64,000 bases of DNA from Cyclobacteriaceae bacterium (GCA_050185175.1 JBFWZR010000008.1:2659-66658); one strand, 5' to 3'. Positions 28,932 through 40,811 are shown, counted from the stretch's first letter. Translations and numbers: made by a program. The notes: a model not told the origin generated them from the letters alone.

Positions 28932-29312
28932 TTACTTTCCGATTAGTTCCTTGTAGGCAGCAGCATCTAGAAGGTCACCTACTTGCGATTCATCAGAGAT
29001 CTCCATTTTGATCATCCAGCCATCTCCATATGGATCCTCATTCACTTTCTCTGGGCTGCCGTCAAGGATAGAGTTAACTTCAGTCACTTTTCCGGCTATT
29101 GGCATGAAAAGATCTGACACCGTTTTCACAGCCTCTACGGTACCAAATACATCGTGCTGTCCGACTTCTTGCCCGACAGTTGAAATGTCCACGTACACGA
29201 TATCACCAAGCTCACCTTGAGCAAAATCAGTGATTCCAATAGTGGCGGTTTTGCCTTCAATTTTTATCCATTCGTGGTCTTTGGTGTACTTTAGGTCTGC
29301 AGGAATGTTCAT
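28932..29312 (-). CDS. gcvH: glycine cleavage system protein H
   Basis: The 126-aa product begins YTKDHEWI and has the lipoyl-lysine context VEAVKTVSD. Confidence 0.95.
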   Translation of the reverse strand: MNIPADLKYTKDHEWIKIEGKTATIGITDFAQGELGDIVYVDISTVGQEVGQHDVFGTVEAVKTVSDLFMPIAGKVTEVNSILDGSPEKVNEDPYGDGWMIKMEISDESQVGDLLDAAAYKELIGK

Positions 29313-29394
29313 GTCAGGTTCGTTAATTTAAGTGGACTCAAAAATAACGGATTTTCGAAAAAGTACAGCATTTGGTTCAAGACGCGCGCCTCGC

Positions 29395-32300
29395 TTACTG
29401 AGCCAAATTGAACAATATCTTAAATCCTACACGGGTGGTTGACCTGCGGTATGAATTGGTTACCAATGGCTCGTTCACATTCCTGTCAACATAGAATTGG
29501 ATGTTCAATTTTTGATTAACCACATAGTTGATATTCGGCCTCAACTGGAAATTGATATTTCCGTTGGTAATCGTATTGACCTGGTCAATCTTCCGCTGAA
29601 TTGTCCGATTGTTTGTAACACTCATGTTTAGCCGGAAAGTAATGTCGTTCTTGATCGTGATCACACGCCCCTGGCTTCTCCACGGCATCCGCATGTTATT
29701 TTTTGTATAACCAATCTCCAGCGACCAGTCTTTGCTGTTAAGTTCTGTGATTTGCGCGTTGGAAATGCTTAGTGCGAGATCACGTTTTGTTTTGTATTCA
29801 AATCTTGCTGTCAGTTTCTTTTTTGTTCGAAGATTGACCCCAATGAGCGGAGCAAAAGTTTCAGAAATAAGTACCTGACTCACCACATAGATCGGAATCA
29901 ACTCACCAGACTCATTGACTACACTGGCGAATGCATTGCTGTTGTAATCTTCCAACGGTACATTCAAACCCACATCATCATACTCTAGGGATGTGTTGTA
30001 GTTGAGTACCGAGTAGTTGGAAGAGTATGCGTGATTTAAAGTGACCGACTGGAAGATATCTTTTAACGCATCAATTTTCCCCAACCCTGTGTAGTCCACT
30101 CTCCATCCGGGAATTGGAATATTTGGGAATGGCGACAAGCTCACTCTGTCTGTGCCCCTGTCTGTGTAAGCAGCGATGAAGGCCGGAATGAGAACGTCCT
30201 GAGATTTGGACTCATATCCTTGACCGGTGATGCCTGAGAACCTTGATTTAATTTCTTCAATGTTTTTCTCGAATTGTTGGAACACACTGGATTCGTTGCT
30301 CGTGTTATTTTTGAATGCTGTTCGAATGGATAGGATAGATACCTTATAAGATCCAATTCTATTGGGGCTTAGTGAAAGAAAACTATTGGCATCAGTATCA
30401 AATCTGAACAACTCGGTAAAAGTTGTATTGGTTGTTTTCTTTGCGTCCAGTTGGATTTTTAAATCCGTTGAAGGTTCAATACTTGCCCTCAAACCGAGAT
30501 CGCGTGTTTCCATCTGACTGTACAGCGTACTCTGGTTGGCACTTTCACTTAACCACCCGTTGTCTCTCGCTTTAAATCTGAAGTTTGGATCCTGTTCGCC
30601 AAGAATAAATCCCCACCCTGGTGCAGACCAACCTTTATCCATTCCAAACAGGTAAGGCGAAGGATTGAAGCCCGGCAGTATTGTTCCTTGTGTGATATTG
30701 TAGGTACCTGAAATATTTCTCACAGACATCAGCAAACGGAGAAAGCCTTTTACTCCTGCCAGTTCTGGTGCCTGTTTTACAGTATCAGGCTTTGCTTGCG
30801 GTCGCTGAGTTGCGGAAGGAGGGCGCTTGGGTGTGTTAATTCCTTTTAAGAAACCAATTTTGTTATACAGTTTGGTTAGGTCAACTCTTCCGGTGAGCCC
30901 TTGATCACGGGTATTTTGAATTGTATTACCCAATTTCAGACTATCTACTCGTTCAAGTGGAGCTGCGCGCCATGAGTAACCTACGTTGTAGCGATACTCA
31001 GCCCCTAGCCAATTCGTTGCTGGAAACTTGTCCAGAGGCAGAGTATAGTTTGCTGTGACCGTTTGTTCAAAGTTCTTCATACGTCCAAACTTTTTCAGAT
31101 TGTTCACCACAGAATCCTGCTTCTCTTTTGTATCAATGTCTCCATCTGGCTCATCGATGATGGCATTTACTCTTGAGTTATAGTCAAGGCTTAAGGCTTT
31201 TGTGAGATTCCATCTAACGTTATAAAAACGGTTGAACACAAAGAACTTCTGGAAATTTGGTTGTGCTCCGCCTTGATCCTGTATGGCATTGCGATACACA
31301 ATTTTGCTGAACGACCGATCAAGCTCACCCCGTACTGAAATATTTCCTGGAACGGGATTGAAATTGAAATCTTTGATTAGCTGTAAGAACGGTGAAGAAA
31401 ATAGCTTTGCCTCTTTGAAAGGTTCAAATCCCTGAAACTTTGGACTGTATTGCCAGGCTACTGCGCCCTTGATATTCCTTCTTGTATTTTCAAGCAGGTT
31501 AAAATTAGTTTGTGTTGCTTCGGTGTAAGCATAGGTGAAAGCAAAATTTTCCACATCGTAGATGTGTTGTCGTGCGTCTTTATTCACTTTGACTTTTCGC
31601 ACGTTGGTAAAATTCAAACTCCTTCGAATAGCTTGGTCTTGAATCAACTTTCGATAGGCTTCTCGTTCGGCCTCCGTGTTAAATGATCGAAGAGCTGCAT
31701 CTAGTCGGAGGTCAGGATTGGCTGGATCAAAATTGGGATTGATCGTGGTGTTCTCATAACTAATGAACATTGGTATCTTCAATCCTGATTTTTGCGGTAG
31801 CAACTTGTCCACATTGATGTTTGCAGAAACATCAAAAGAAGTTGTTTCACCTCTCGCGCGTTCAGAAATTTTTGACTGCACTCCACCGTATCCAAAAGAG
31901 ATGTGCTTGATTGAACTGGTGATAGTACCAAGGTCAGCGAGCTTTGTACTAAGCACCATGTTGGCAGCCCATCCGGCAGTGCGGTCGAAATCGGTGAGAC
32001 GAAGTTCGTTGGCCCACAAACAAACATCCCGCGGTAAAGCATCGGGCGTTCTTGGGTTTCGAACTCCGATCATCAACATGCGAACCTGACTTAAGTCCGG
32101 ACGTCCTAAAATTCGGAGTAAATGCCGGCCAGACTGTCGTGGTCCAGAACGTGGAAATGATTCACCCAATGGAAAACTCTCGCGGTCGCGTTGCGCTTTT
32201 AGCGCATAGAGCTCATTCAGGTCAATATCAATTTGGTTTTCTTCTGGCCATACCGATTCGATTGTCGCAGCTCCCGGTTGAGTTACCTTCAGTGGTATTT

Positions 32301-35300
32301 CTATTTCATAATAGTTTTGGTCAAAGTCTGTACCCATGCGGAGGAATGCATGAAGCTGACCGTCCTGCAGTCCTTGTCCATATGCCGAAAGAAACATTTT
32401 TACGCGACCGTAGTTGAAGAAGTCCATGGTCACATTCTTGAAAATCGCACGCGCATCACCGTCTTGAAGATCGGTTGCGCAAAGCTGAACTGCCTGCTCA
32501 TTCAATCTTCGCTGAACGGTTGATGTCACATCTCTATCACGTCTCAATGGTGGAACGTATGCTGGTTTTTCAGAATTGCCGGTTCCGTTCTCCTCTGCGT
32601 TTACCACAGACACGGAGAAGTTATCCAGATTGGGTTCGAGAGGTTCTCCAAAGTTGGACTCTTCCAGGTTATTCGTGTACCTCCTCCACTTGTTGCCTAC
32701 TGCTCTGAATTTTGCCATACGCAAAACCACCGGCTGTGAGAAACCTGTCATGTACATCCGAACATAGCGAATAGACTTAAATCCATTGATGTCACCAATC
32801 TTCTCATCAAACTGACGTACCGGAATTCTGAAAAGATACCAAGTTACCGGATCGCCATTCACGGTGTTGGTGATCTGATCCACGATGTACTTGCGACCTA
32901 CCTGAACTGTTGACGGTCTGAGATCAATATTATAAGTATAGTACTCTTCAAGATCACTCAGGGTATTATCCTGATTGAGGTCCTCGTTGTCAGGAATAGT
33001 CGTACCTGATTGCGCGAAGGGTTGATTACCCGTGAGGATTGGAGAATTGTTCTCAAGACCATTGAAGTTTTTATATCGTTCTAAAATCTTTGCATCGCGT
33101 CCGTCCAGCTCATCGCCAAGAAAATATTGGAAATCATCAGCAGAAGGATCTTCAAGTACAATTTGCCTTGCAGCGGGATTAACCGCGTTTACAAATGAGC
33201 TAAACTTATCTGCCTCTCTATCGCTGCCAACCCCGTCCAGACCCACGTCTTGATTAGTTCTTGCAGTGCTAGAATTATCGAAGGCGTTGTTTAGATATTG
33301 CTGTGTCGTTACATATCCCCAATTATTTTCAGTTGCTCCGCCTCCGGCAAGATTTCCATCGGTCGGCAATCCATTTTCAAACGCGTGCTTACCATCTCGC
33401 ATCAAATCTTCAGATAAACTTCCGAGATGGAAGACGAGTTGCCCCCCAGTAGTGTTTGGTTGATTGTTTCCTCGTCCATCGTTTATCCGGCCATTGTTTG
33501 AGTTGATGAATGGATCCATTAACCAAAATTCGAGGTACTCTACGTTGGCTTTGTCAAAGTCTACTTCAGTTCGGATAGCTGTTGTGATACCGCCCCAATT
33601 GGTTGATGGGTTTTTAAGCGTTCCATTTGGGTTCAAGTCCGGGTTGTAGTTGTATGGACCGCGTTCCTCGGGGTAATAGGCCACATCAAAGATTTGTTCA
33701 TTGAAGTTTCCTATGAATGGATCAAACTGCGGAAATATTTCCTTCGGGGGTACAGCACGCACATAATGATTTTGTAGATCTTCTTCACTGATGTTAGCGG
33801 GTTTAAAACGGTTACTATTGCTTGTGTAGAATTGGTTGTCAACCTGATACCACGCAATTTTTGCGCGCTTATAACCAGCTGTTACATCATCTATGGCTCC
33901 GCCTGAGAGATCAAATCGGTCGTTATCCGTTTGTGGCACAGTTGACAATTTCCAACCCACCGGATTCAACAGGCTATAAGGTGTGGCGCTGTTTTCAAAG
34001 TCATCGATAAATGACGTTCCGTCACCATTTACAATATTGGAGGTACCCGGCAGCAATTGTGCAAACTCCGCGTTGAGGTTGACTGTTGATGTTTCCTTTG
34101 TTTGTAAAAATGGAAGTGCATCAACCATCTTGGTTAGAATCCTTGAATCCTTTCGCAAATTCAGATCGACACCATACTGGATGTTTCGTGCAGGCTCAGT
34201 GCCAATGAGGTTACGCGAGATCAGTGGCCGCTCATTGTAATAGAGTACAGTTGATCCAATGTTGACGTCATTATTGAGTTTATAATCGAAGCGTGTTCCA
34301 AGCAATGATCTTGTTTGAAAAGCGAATGGATCTTGCTGTTCGTAAGTGATACTGATATTCTTACCGGAGCTGAGAATACCTTCATTCAAAATTGTCACTT
34401 TGCCAAATGTGTAGTCTACTGTGTAGTCTGTACCTTCTTGTAGAGGAGTGCCACCTGCATAGACTCTCACAGAGCCCTGAGCAATATTGAATCCTTGAAT
34501 AATAATGTCCTTTCCGGAGCCAGCCTTGAAGGAACCCGTAATGAAGAATTTGTTTTTCGTTGCAACAAGCTCGGCTTCGGCTTTTGTTGTTCGATACAGA
34601 GTATCATACACATATTTCTGTACGAGGAAATCAGTTGTTGTGGGATTTGACTCTTGCGCGAACAGCCTCCGAAGAGGCGTGTCGAAGGGATGCAGGTAGG
34701 GAAAGATGATAAGCCCAGTCTCCTTACTTACCGTTAACTTGTCCACAAAGTCAAAGTTTCCGTCAGGTTGAGGGTCGTTGTAAGGATTGAGTCGATCCAA
34801 GCCGAATACCTCGATCAATTGTTTGGTTCGGGAGAAATCTCCGTCTTGTAACTGGGGGTTGTCTATCCCGGTGCGGTCATCACGATAGATTACGCGGAGT
34901 TGAAATCCTTCCTGCTCGAGCTGCGTTACGTTGAGGTTGTAAATATTTTTCATCATCAGGTTCCAAGTAGGAATAATTTTTCCAGTTTGGTCCTTGATGC
35001 TGATCTTACGTGGCCTCAACAATTTCAGATAAACTACATCGTTTTCCGGTTTGTTTGAATAGTCTTCTGTGAGTTCCCCCACTTTATATTTTCTTCCGTT
35101 GTGGGTGTATTCAAAAGCAACTGCGAGTGCCTCGTCATTTTGCAGCTTGCGCTGAAGCGTGATATATCCAAGTTGACTGTTGAATGTAAATTCCGTTGGT
35201 GCCAGTTTGCGAGCACTGGTTATTTTTTCAAAGTCAGTGCCATTCACCAAACCAAGGCCTTCGAGGGCTTGATTGATTCCATCTGAATTGGCAGAAATGC

Positions 35301-36534
35301 CACCGAGCAGTGAAAACAGATTGTTAGAAGTATTAGCAGTAGGAGAGCCTGCGGCCGCAGATGAGGTAATAGACATGTTGTAAATCTTGTCCGATTCACC
35401 CATATCCATAAAGCCAACTACATTTCTCAGTGTTTGTGTGTCATTTTGACGATTGAGCAAGTACACCTCAACGCGGGTAACGTTAACACCCGAAGTTATT
35501 TGTGGCAAGGTCCCCATCCATTTTTCAAAGTTGTCTCTGAAAAATTGCCCCAGGAAGAAGTGTCTGTTCTCGTCATAACTTGATCCCTGAATTTCAAAAG
35601 GTCTCCCTTGAGCAGCACCACCAGTTCCTCCTTGAATCTCAATTGATGATTGCTTTCCACGTTGCGTGGTAGCAATTGATGTAACGAATAGTTTTCCAAA
35701 TTGCATTTGTGCTTTTACACCAAAAAGATTCTGTGATCCGGTAATCAAACTATTGTTTAGTGGAAGACTTACGTTTCCAATTTCCAGTTTCTTTAATACG
35801 TCTTCCTTAAAGCCAGTGTATTCCACTTTCATGTTATTTTGAAAGTCGAATGAATTGTTGTTATCAAAGTTGGTTGTGATCGCTAGCTTTTCTCCAACCT
35901 TACCCACTACACTTAAATTGATTTGCTGATCAAATTCAAATCCGCCATTTCGTTGTTGACGAATGGGTATGGCAGGGTTCTCTATCTTTTGCCACGAACC
36001 ACCGAAGTCAAGCGTTACAAATCCGCGTGGAATCAACTCGACATAGCTGCCTCCAAAGATTCGATCGAGGACGGGACTTACATATATTTTTGGAATAATG
36101 TTCCGGCTGCTTACGGCACTTTCACCATCCAGAGCCCGGCTTCTTGTTTGCCAATAATCTTTTTTGATTTGCCTTGTCTGTTGTGCGTTGAACTCATCAA
36201 AACTCATCGATGATGCGGGCCGGAAATTAACATCACCTATTTTTTCATAGATGGTGTAATTCATTCCTGTATCAATTTCAACGTCCAGGTTGAAACTTTT
36301 GGGATCGCTCAGAAAGAGAGGGGACTTTGTTGTGTAGTTTGAAAAAGGATCACCGTAGCGATCGCTTGGTCTGAACGAAGGGCGATATGGATTGATAACC
36401 CGACTTCTGGTGGTATCTGTCTCCACAATTGTGGAGTCCGCCTGCTGACCAAAGGCATACGGAGCGGGCAAGCATGCAAAGAGCAGCAGGCTCAGTAGGC
36501 TGATGAATTGGTTGGTTGGTTTGGTTAAGGTCAA
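29395..36534 (-). CDS. sprA: cell-surface protein SprA (T9SS translocon / gliding motility)
   Basis: The 2379-aa product has a signal peptide and a giant beta-strand-rich sequence. The size and position next to ruvA fit Bacteroidota SprA/Sov. Confidence 0.85.
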   Translation of the reverse strand: MTLTKPTNQFISLLSLLLFACLPAPYAFGQQADSTIVETDTTRSRVINPYRPSFRPSDRYGDPFSNYTTKSPLFLSDPKSFNLDVEIDTGMNYTIYEKIGDVNFRPASSMSFDEFNAQQTRQIKKDYWQTRSRALDGESAVSSRNIIPKIYVSPVLDRIFGGSYVELIPRGFVTLDFGGSWQKIENPAIPIRQQRNGGFEFDQQINLSVVGKVGEKLAITTNFDNNNSFDFQNNMKVEYTGFKEDVLKKLEIGNVSLPLNNSLITGSQNLFGVKAQMQFGKLFVTSIATTQRGKQSSIEIQGGTGGAAQGRPFEIQGSSYDENRHFFLGQFFRDNFEKWMGTLPQITSGVNVTRVEVYLLNRQNDTQTLRNVVGFMDMGESDKIYNMSITSSAAAGSPTANTSNNLFSLLGGISANSDGINQALEGLGLVNGTDFEKITSARKLAPTEFTFNSQLGYITLQRKLQNDEALAVAFEYTHNGRKYKVGELTEDYSNKPENDVVYLKLLRPRKISIKDQTGKIIPTWNLMMKNIYNLNVTQLEQEGFQLRVIYRDDRTGIDNPQLQDGDFSRTKQLIEVFGLDRLNPYNDPQPDGNFDFVDKLTVSKETGLIIFPYLHPFDTPLRRLFAQESNPTTTDFLVQKYVYDTLYRTTKAEAELVATKNKFFITGSFKAGSGKDIIIQGFNIAQGSVRVYAGGTPLQEGTDYTVDYTFGKVTILNEGILSSGKNISITYEQQDPFAFQTRSLLGTRFDYKLNNDVNIGSTVLYYNERPLISRNLIGTEPARNIQYGVDLNLRKDSRILTKMVDALPFLQTKETSTVNLNAEFAQLLPGTSNIVNGDGTSFIDDFENSATPYSLLNPVGWKLSTVPQTDNDRFDLSGGAIDDVTAGYKRAKIAWYQVDNQFYTSNSNRFKPANISEEDLQNHYVRAVPPKEIFPQFDPFIGNFNEQIFDVAYYPEERGPYNYNPDLNPNGTLKNPSTNWGGITTAIRTEVDFDKANVEYLEFWLMDPFINSNNGRINDGRGNNQPNTTGGQLVFHLGSLSEDLMRDGKHAFENGLPTDGNLAGGGATENNWGYVTTQQYLNNAFDNSSTARTNQDVGLDGVGSDREADKFSSFVNAVNPAARQIVLEDPSADDFQYFLGDELDGRDAKILERYKNFNGLENNSPILTGNQPFAQSGTTIPDNEDLNQDNTLSDLEEYYTYNIDLRPSTVQVGRKYIVDQITNTVNGDPVTWYLFRIPVRQFDEKIGDINGFKSIRYVRMYMTGFSQPVVLRMAKFRAVGNKWRRYTNNLEESNFGEPLEPNLDNFSVSVVNAEENGTGNSEKPAYVPPLRRDRDVTSTVQRRLNEQAVQLCATDLQDGDARAIFKNVTMDFFNYGRVKMFLSAYGQGLQDGQLHAFLRMGTDFDQNYYEIEIPLKVTQPGAATIESVWPEENQIDIDLNELYALKAQRDRESFPLGESFPRSGPRQSGRHLLRILGRPDLSQVRMLMIGVRNPRTPDALPRDVCLWANELRLTDFDRTAGWAANMVLSTKLADLGTITSSIKHISFGYGGVQSKISERARGETTSFDVSANINVDKLLPQKSGLKIPMFISYENTTINPNFDPANPDLRLDAALRSFNTEAEREAYRKLIQDQAIRRSLNFTNVRKVKVNKDARQHIYDVENFAFTYAYTEATQTNFNLLENTRRNIKGAVAWQYSPKFQGFEPFKEAKLFSSPFLQLIKDFNFNPVPGNISVRGELDRSFSKIVYRNAIQDQGGAQPNFQKFFVFNRFYNVRWNLTKALSLDYNSRVNAIIDEPDGDIDTKEKQDSVVNNLKKFGRMKNFEQTVTANYTLPLDKFPATNWLGAEYRYNVGYSWRAAPLERVDSLKLGNTIQNTRDQGLTGRVDLTKLYNKIGFLKGINTPKRPPSATQRPQAKPDTVKQAPELAGVKGFLRLLMSVRNISGTYNITQGTILPGFNPSPYLFGMDKGWSAPGWGFILGEQDPNFRFKARDNGWLSESANQSTLYSQMETRDLGLRASIEPSTDLKIQLDAKKTTNTTFTELFRFDTDANSFLSLSPNRIGSYKVSILSIRTAFKNNTSNESSVFQQFEKNIEEIKSRFSGITGQGYESKSQDVLIPAFIAAYTDRGTDRVSLSPFPNIPIPGWRVDYTGLGKIDALKDIFQSVTLNHAYSSNYSVLNYNTSLEYDDVGLNVPLEDYNSNAFASVVNESGELIPIYVVSQVLISETFAPLIGVNLRTKKKLTARFEYKTKRDLALSISNAQITELNSKDWSLEIGYTKNNMRMPWRSQGRVITIKNDITFRLNMSVTNNRTIQRKIDQVNTITNGNINFQLRPNINYVVNQKLNIQFYVDRNVNEPLVTNSYRRSTTRVGFKILFNLAQ

Positions 36535-36542
36535 TCGTATTC

Positions 36543-37133
36543 TCAGGCGTTTTTCAATGCCAACTTCACGAGCTCTTCTAAACTAATTGTATTCCCTGAT
36601 TTTTTCAGGACTGTATCAATGCTTTTTTCGGCTGCCACTTTGCCGATTCCCAGCGTCATCAACGCTGTTAACGCCTCCTGACGCATGGTATTGTGCTGTA
36701 TACCCCCAAATCCGGTAGAGTCAGTGGCAGGCTCTTTTCGCAGCTTATCTTTAAGTTCCAGGATGATCCTTTGTGCGGTTTTTCCTCCAATTCCCTTCAC
36801 CGCCTGAAGGGCTCCTACGTTTTCAGTGATGATGGCCTGCTGCAATTCTCGCGGTGGCAAATAAGAGAGAATTACCATCGCGGTACTAGGCCCCACTCCG
36901 TTTACTCCGATCAGATTTTGAAACATGGATTTTTCTGCGGCATTACTAAATCCGTACAAAATATGAGCATCCTCGCGTACCTGCAGGTAAGTGGATAGTT
37001 GAATACTTTCTTTATCCTTGATTTCGGAGAAAGTGTTCAGTGAAATATTCACATGATAGCCAACCCCGTTCACTTCGATGATTGTAAATGTTGGCTCTTT
37101 ATGTACCAGCTTACCTTTTAAGAAAGCAATCAT
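36543..37133 (-). CDS. ruvA: Holliday junction branch migration protein RuvA
   Basis: The N-terminus is MIAFLKGKL. The HhH motifs are GVGPSTA and GIGGKTAQRI. I chose the ATG at 37133; the ORF-track start is a TTG two codons upstream. Confidence 0.9.
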   Translation of the reverse strand: MIAFLKGKLVHKEPTFTIIEVNGVGYHVNISLNTFSEIKDKESIQLSTYLQVREDAHILYGFSNAAEKSMFQNLIGVNGVGPSTAMVILSYLPPRELQQAIITENVGALQAVKGIGGKTAQRIILELKDKLRKEPATDSTGFGGIQHNTMRQEALTALMTLGIGKVAAEKSIDTVLKKSGNTISLEELVKLALKNA

Positions 37134-37187
37134 GTTCAAAAAAATATAACCTGCTAAACTAAAAAAAATAGGTGAACGCCAGTGTGG

Positions 37188-39467
37188 TTAAACACGTTCA
37201 TTTCGTTCACGCAGGATCGCATCGACCACCGCAATGGCAGCCATGTTTACGATGTCTCTTACCGAGCTTCCCAGTTGCAATACATGCACTGGTTTATTCA
37301 TCCCCAAAAGGATTGGTCCAATGGCCTCGGCACCTCCTAATTCAATCAATAGCTTATAGGCGATATTGGCAGAAGCCAGGTTTGGAAATATTAATGTGTT
37401 GGTTCCTTTTTCAGCTAGTCGGCTGAATGGGTAAACCTCTTTTAATAGTTCTTGGTTTAAGGCAATATTCGCCTGCATGTCTCCGTCAATTACCAAATCA
37501 GGGAATTTACGCTTGGCCATCGCCACCGCATCTCTCATCTTATCGGGAATTTCTCCTTTGCTGCTGCCAAAGTTGGAGTAAGAGAGCATCGCCATGTGCG
37601 GCTCCAGGTCAAAGAATTTTACCCCTGTGCGAGTCAGACCGATGATGTCCATCAACTCTTCAGTGGTTGGGTCAACGTTTACTGTACAATCAGAAAAGAA
37701 GAACGTTCCTTTCTTGTTCATGATGATATACATACCCGCTACACGTCTTACATGTGGCGCAGTGCCAATTACGTGTAGGGCAGGTAATATTGTCTTGGGG
37801 TAATCTTTTGTCAACCCGGAAATCATCGCATCAGCGTCACCATGCTCTACCATCATGGCTGCGAAGTAGTTTCTATCTTTCAGAACTTTCTCGCAATCAG
37901 TGAGTGTCATGCCTTTTCTCTGACGCTTTTGATATAGTTCCTTAGCATACTGCTGCACTTTTTCTTTCTCCTTACGTGGGTAGATAATCGGGCAGTCGTT
38001 CAGTTCGAGCTTGTGCTCTTTTATCAACGCTTGAATTTCCTCCACATCTCCAAGAAGAATTGGATGGGCGATGCCTTCATCCTGAAGGATTTGTGCAGCC
38101 TTCAAAATTTTGTGGTGATTGGCTTCAGTGAATACTACACGCTTCGGATTTTTCTTGGCCCGAGTAATAACGCGAGAGGTAAGCTTTTGATCGATGCCAA
38201 TCCGTTTTAACAGATCTTCATTGTACTTGCCCCAATCCGTAATCTGGTGAGTTGCCATTCCAGAGTCCATCGCAGCCTTGGCAACTGCAGGGGATATGGA
38301 AGTGATCAATCTTGGGTCAAGTGGTTTGGGAATCAAATAATCCCTTCCGAATTCGATTTTAGTGTTGCCATAGGCTCTTGTTACCATGTCTGGCACAGAT
38401 TCCTTGGCAAGGTCGGCCAAAGCCTTTACTGCGGCCAACTTCATGTCTTCATTGATTTCAGTAGCGCGTACATCCAGTGCACCTCTGAAAATATAGGGAA
38501 AACCTAAAACGTTGTTAATTTGATTCGGATGGTCAGAGCGACCAGTGCCCATAATAATGTCAGGCCTGGCTTTCATTGCGAGATCATAAGCAATCTCCGG
38601 ATTTGGATTTGCCAATGCAAACACGATGGGGTCTTTGGCCATCGAACGCAAATCATCTTGTGTAAGGATATCAGCGACTGAAAGCCCAACAAATGCATCA
38701 GCTCCCTTTAATGCTTCCTGAAGTGTTGATATCTTTCTGCTTGTAGCAAATTCTGATTTTATCGGATCAAGACCTTTTCTGTCTTTGGTGATCACCCCCT
38801 TGCTATCGCACATGATCAGGTTTTCTCTTTTCAAACCAAGAGAAATGTATAGCCTTGAACAGGAGACTGCAGCCGCTCCGGCACCGTTCACAACCAACAC
38901 GATATCTTCGATCTTCTTGCCGATAAGTTCCAGTGCATTTAACAACCCCGCACTGGAAATGATCGCAGTGCCGTGTTGATCATCGTGCATCACAGGGATG
39001 TTCATTTTTTCCCGTAGCTGCTCCTCAATTTTAAAACACTCCGGAGATTTAATGTCTTCGAGATTAATGCCACCGAATGTTGGCTCCAGTGACTTTACTA
39101 TTTTGATAAATTCATCTGGGTCTTCCTCCGCGATTTCGATGTCGAATACATCGATGCCAGCAAATTTTTTAAATAACACGCCTTTTCCTTCCATCACCGG
39201 CTTCGAAGCTTCAGGGCCAATATTTCCAAGCCCTAGTACAGCAGTGCCGTTGGATATTACAGCGACCAGGTTTCCTTTGGCAGTGTATTTATACACATCT
39301 TCCTTATTGGCGGCAATCTCCTTACAGGGTTCAGCCACACCAGGGGAGTAGGCGAGCGCCAGGTCAAGTTGAGAGCTCAATACTTTGGTGGGCACTACCT
39401 CAATTTTACCGGGCTGTCCCTGGGTGTGGTAGTTGAGGGCATCCTGCTTTCTTATCTTTATAGACAT
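37188..39467 (-). CDS. maeB: NADP-dependent malic enzyme (malic enzyme domain fused to phosphotransacetylase-like domain)
   Basis: The 759-aa product has N-terminal LAYSPGVA and [12 protein letters not shown] motifs. The C-terminal PTA-like half matches MaeB architecture. Confidence 0.9.
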   Translation of the reverse strand: MSIKIRKQDALNYHTQGQPGKIEVVPTKVLSSQLDLALAYSPGVAEPCKEIAANKEDVYKYTAKGNLVAVISNGTAVLGLGNIGPEASKPVMEGKGVLFKKFAGIDVFDIEIAEEDPDEFIKIVKSLEPTFGGINLEDIKSPECFKIEEQLREKMNIPVMHDDQHGTAIISSAGLLNALELIGKKIEDIVLVVNGAGAAAVSCSRLYISLGLKRENLIMCDSKGVITKDRKGLDPIKSEFATSRKISTLQEALKGADAFVGLSVADILTQDDLRSMAKDPIVFALANPNPEIAYDLAMKARPDIIMGTGRSDHPNQINNVLGFPYIFRGALDVRATEINEDMKLAAVKALADLAKESVPDMVTRAYGNTKIEFGRDYLIPKPLDPRLITSISPAVAKAAMDSGMATHQITDWGKYNEDLLKRIGIDQKLTSRVITRAKKNPKRVVFTEANHHKILKAAQILQDEGIAHPILLGDVEEIQALIKEHKLELNDCPIIYPRKEKEKVQQYAKELYQKRQRKGMTLTDCEKVLKDRNYFAAMMVEHGDADAMISGLTKDYPKTILPALHVIGTAPHVRRVAGMYIIMNKKGTFFFSDCTVNVDPTTEELMDIIGLTRTGVKFFDLEPHMAMLSYSNFGSSKGEIPDKMRDAVAMAKRKFPDLVIDGDMQANIALNQELLKEVYPFSRLAEKGTNTLIFPNLASANIAYKLLIELGGAEAIGPILLGMNKPVHVLQLGSSVRDIVNMAAIAVVDAILRERNERV

Positions 39468-39560
39468 GTCAAATCGAATTTCGGAAAAGACCTGAAATTT
39501 ACGATTTTAAGCAGAAAAGCCAGAAATAACCTTGAATATAAAGGCCTAGCCAAAAGGCGG

Positions 39561-40661
39561 TTATTGGGTGCTGGCGGGGGTTAACTGCTCGCTGGTTTGA
39601 AAGGTGCTGAGAATGGTTTCCAGCTCGCGCATAATTTCGCGCTGGTCCTTGCTCGGGCTGAACGTGAACCCTTCAATGTAGTAAAACTTGCCCTGCGCTT
39701 CATCGACCATCGCATACGCTACAAAGGGCCCACCCATCGAGAAATTGTTAGCCCGCCAAAGTCCCCGCATTTCCACAGCATAGTGGCCATTGATAGACAC
39801 CTCTTTTGTGGTAACCGGAATGAACGGTACGGTTGTCTCTGTAAGTAAATATGAATTCAATACCTCCGGATCTTCGAACAAGTACTTTTTACACACCTTG
39901 TCTCGAAAATCGATGAGATATTCTTTTTTAAATTGATCCTGAGATTGATAGGCAGTTGATGTGACAAATATGTCCTTGTCGTCTGCCACGTTTATTTGCC
40001 TTACCCAGAGAAAGTCTTCCTTATTAATGACGAGTTTATAACCGAACGGCACTTTAATGTTGCAGTTCATGTTTTTTATCATCCAGTCGCTTACACCGGT
40101 TATCTGGCCTGCCTTGAATATGGATACACTTAGCCGCTCTTTTTCTTTTCGATTAAAATGGTCGATAAGAAAATGACCTTTGCTTCTAATGTTGGCGATA
40201 AGCTCTTTTTCTGTGTTGCCATACAAGTACATTACTTCCTGGCCTTTTGCGAAGACATCCGAGGTGGTAAGCACATAAGCACTGGGGTCCGTTTTTATCT
40301 TTTCCAGTGATTGAGGCGTGAAAAGGTTTCTCAGCATTCTCGCGCCTGACGTCCTCTTGTCAAGTGTAACTGCGAAAATGAGGTTTCGCCTTTGCTTCAA
40401 AACAAAATTTAGTTTCCTGGGATCAATCCATCTCATTTTGAAAATCGATTCTTCTCTTGGCAACCCAATCATTTCCTGCCTAAACAGGGAGTCAACCACT
40501 GCGCCAAGTGGCCCTTGCCATTGGGTGGAATCCATCACCAGATACATATCCCCCGATAGGCCCGAGGCTGGAGGGAGGTTCTCCGTGCCAGAGCTGTTGC
40601 ACCCGAGTATGCCAAAAAAAATAGAGCTGATCAGAATAGTGTTCGCAAAAATCCTTTTCAC
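39561..40661 (-). CDS. DUF4837-like lipoprotein
   Basis: The GTG at 40661 gives VKRIFANTILISSIFFGILGC (lipobox). The upstream extension to 40763 has no signal-peptide features. The family call is from memory of DUF4837 sequence character. Confidence 0.5.
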   Translation of the reverse strand: MKRIFANTILISSIFFGILGCNSSGTENLPPASGLSGDMYLVMDSTQWQGPLGAVVDSLFRQEMIGLPREESIFKMRWIDPRKLNFVLKQRRNLIFAVTLDKRTSGARMLRNLFTPQSLEKIKTDPSAYVLTTSDVFAKGQEVMYLYGNTEKELIANIRSKGHFLIDHFNRKEKERLSVSIFKAGQITGVSDWMIKNMNCNIKVPFGYKLVINKEDFLWVRQINVADDKDIFVTSTAYQSQDQFKKEYLIDFRDKVCKKYLFEDPEVLNSYLLTETTVPFIPVTTKEVSINGHYAVEMRGLWRANNFSMGGPFVAYAMVDEAQGKFYYIEGFTFSPSKDQREIMRELETILSTFQTSEQLTPASTQ

Positions 40662-40811
40662 ACCTAAAAGTTTAATTCTCACTAGTAATACACGATCAAT
40701 TGGATCGTCACATTGGACCGGAAGCGGGAAGTTACAAGTTTTGAAAAGGATTGAAAGGGGCAAATGGAAGGCGCGGTGTGTGGCCTTGATAGTCAGGCAA
40801 TAAGTTAAGTG

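Noticed and set aside
29313-29394. A glycine riboswitch upstream of gcvH.
   Set aside because: The 82-nt region is too short, and I saw none of the conserved glycine-aptamer sequence elements on the minus strand.
29395-36534. About twenty ORFs of 60-121 aa on the plus strand (and a few on the minus strand in other frames) inside sprA. Similar short antisense ORFs occur inside most large genes in the track.
   Set aside because: They are fully contained within long ORFs that have clear protein-family signatures. Their translations are low-complexity or Ser/Arg/Leu-rich, and none has a recognisable motif. They are typical shadow ORFs.
40318-40803. A 161-aa plus-strand ORF spanning the 5' end of the DUF4837-like gene and the intergenic region.
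   Set aside because: It is antisense to a gene with a clear lipoprotein N-terminus. Its translation is Ser/Leu/Arg-rich with no motif, so it is a shadow ORF.
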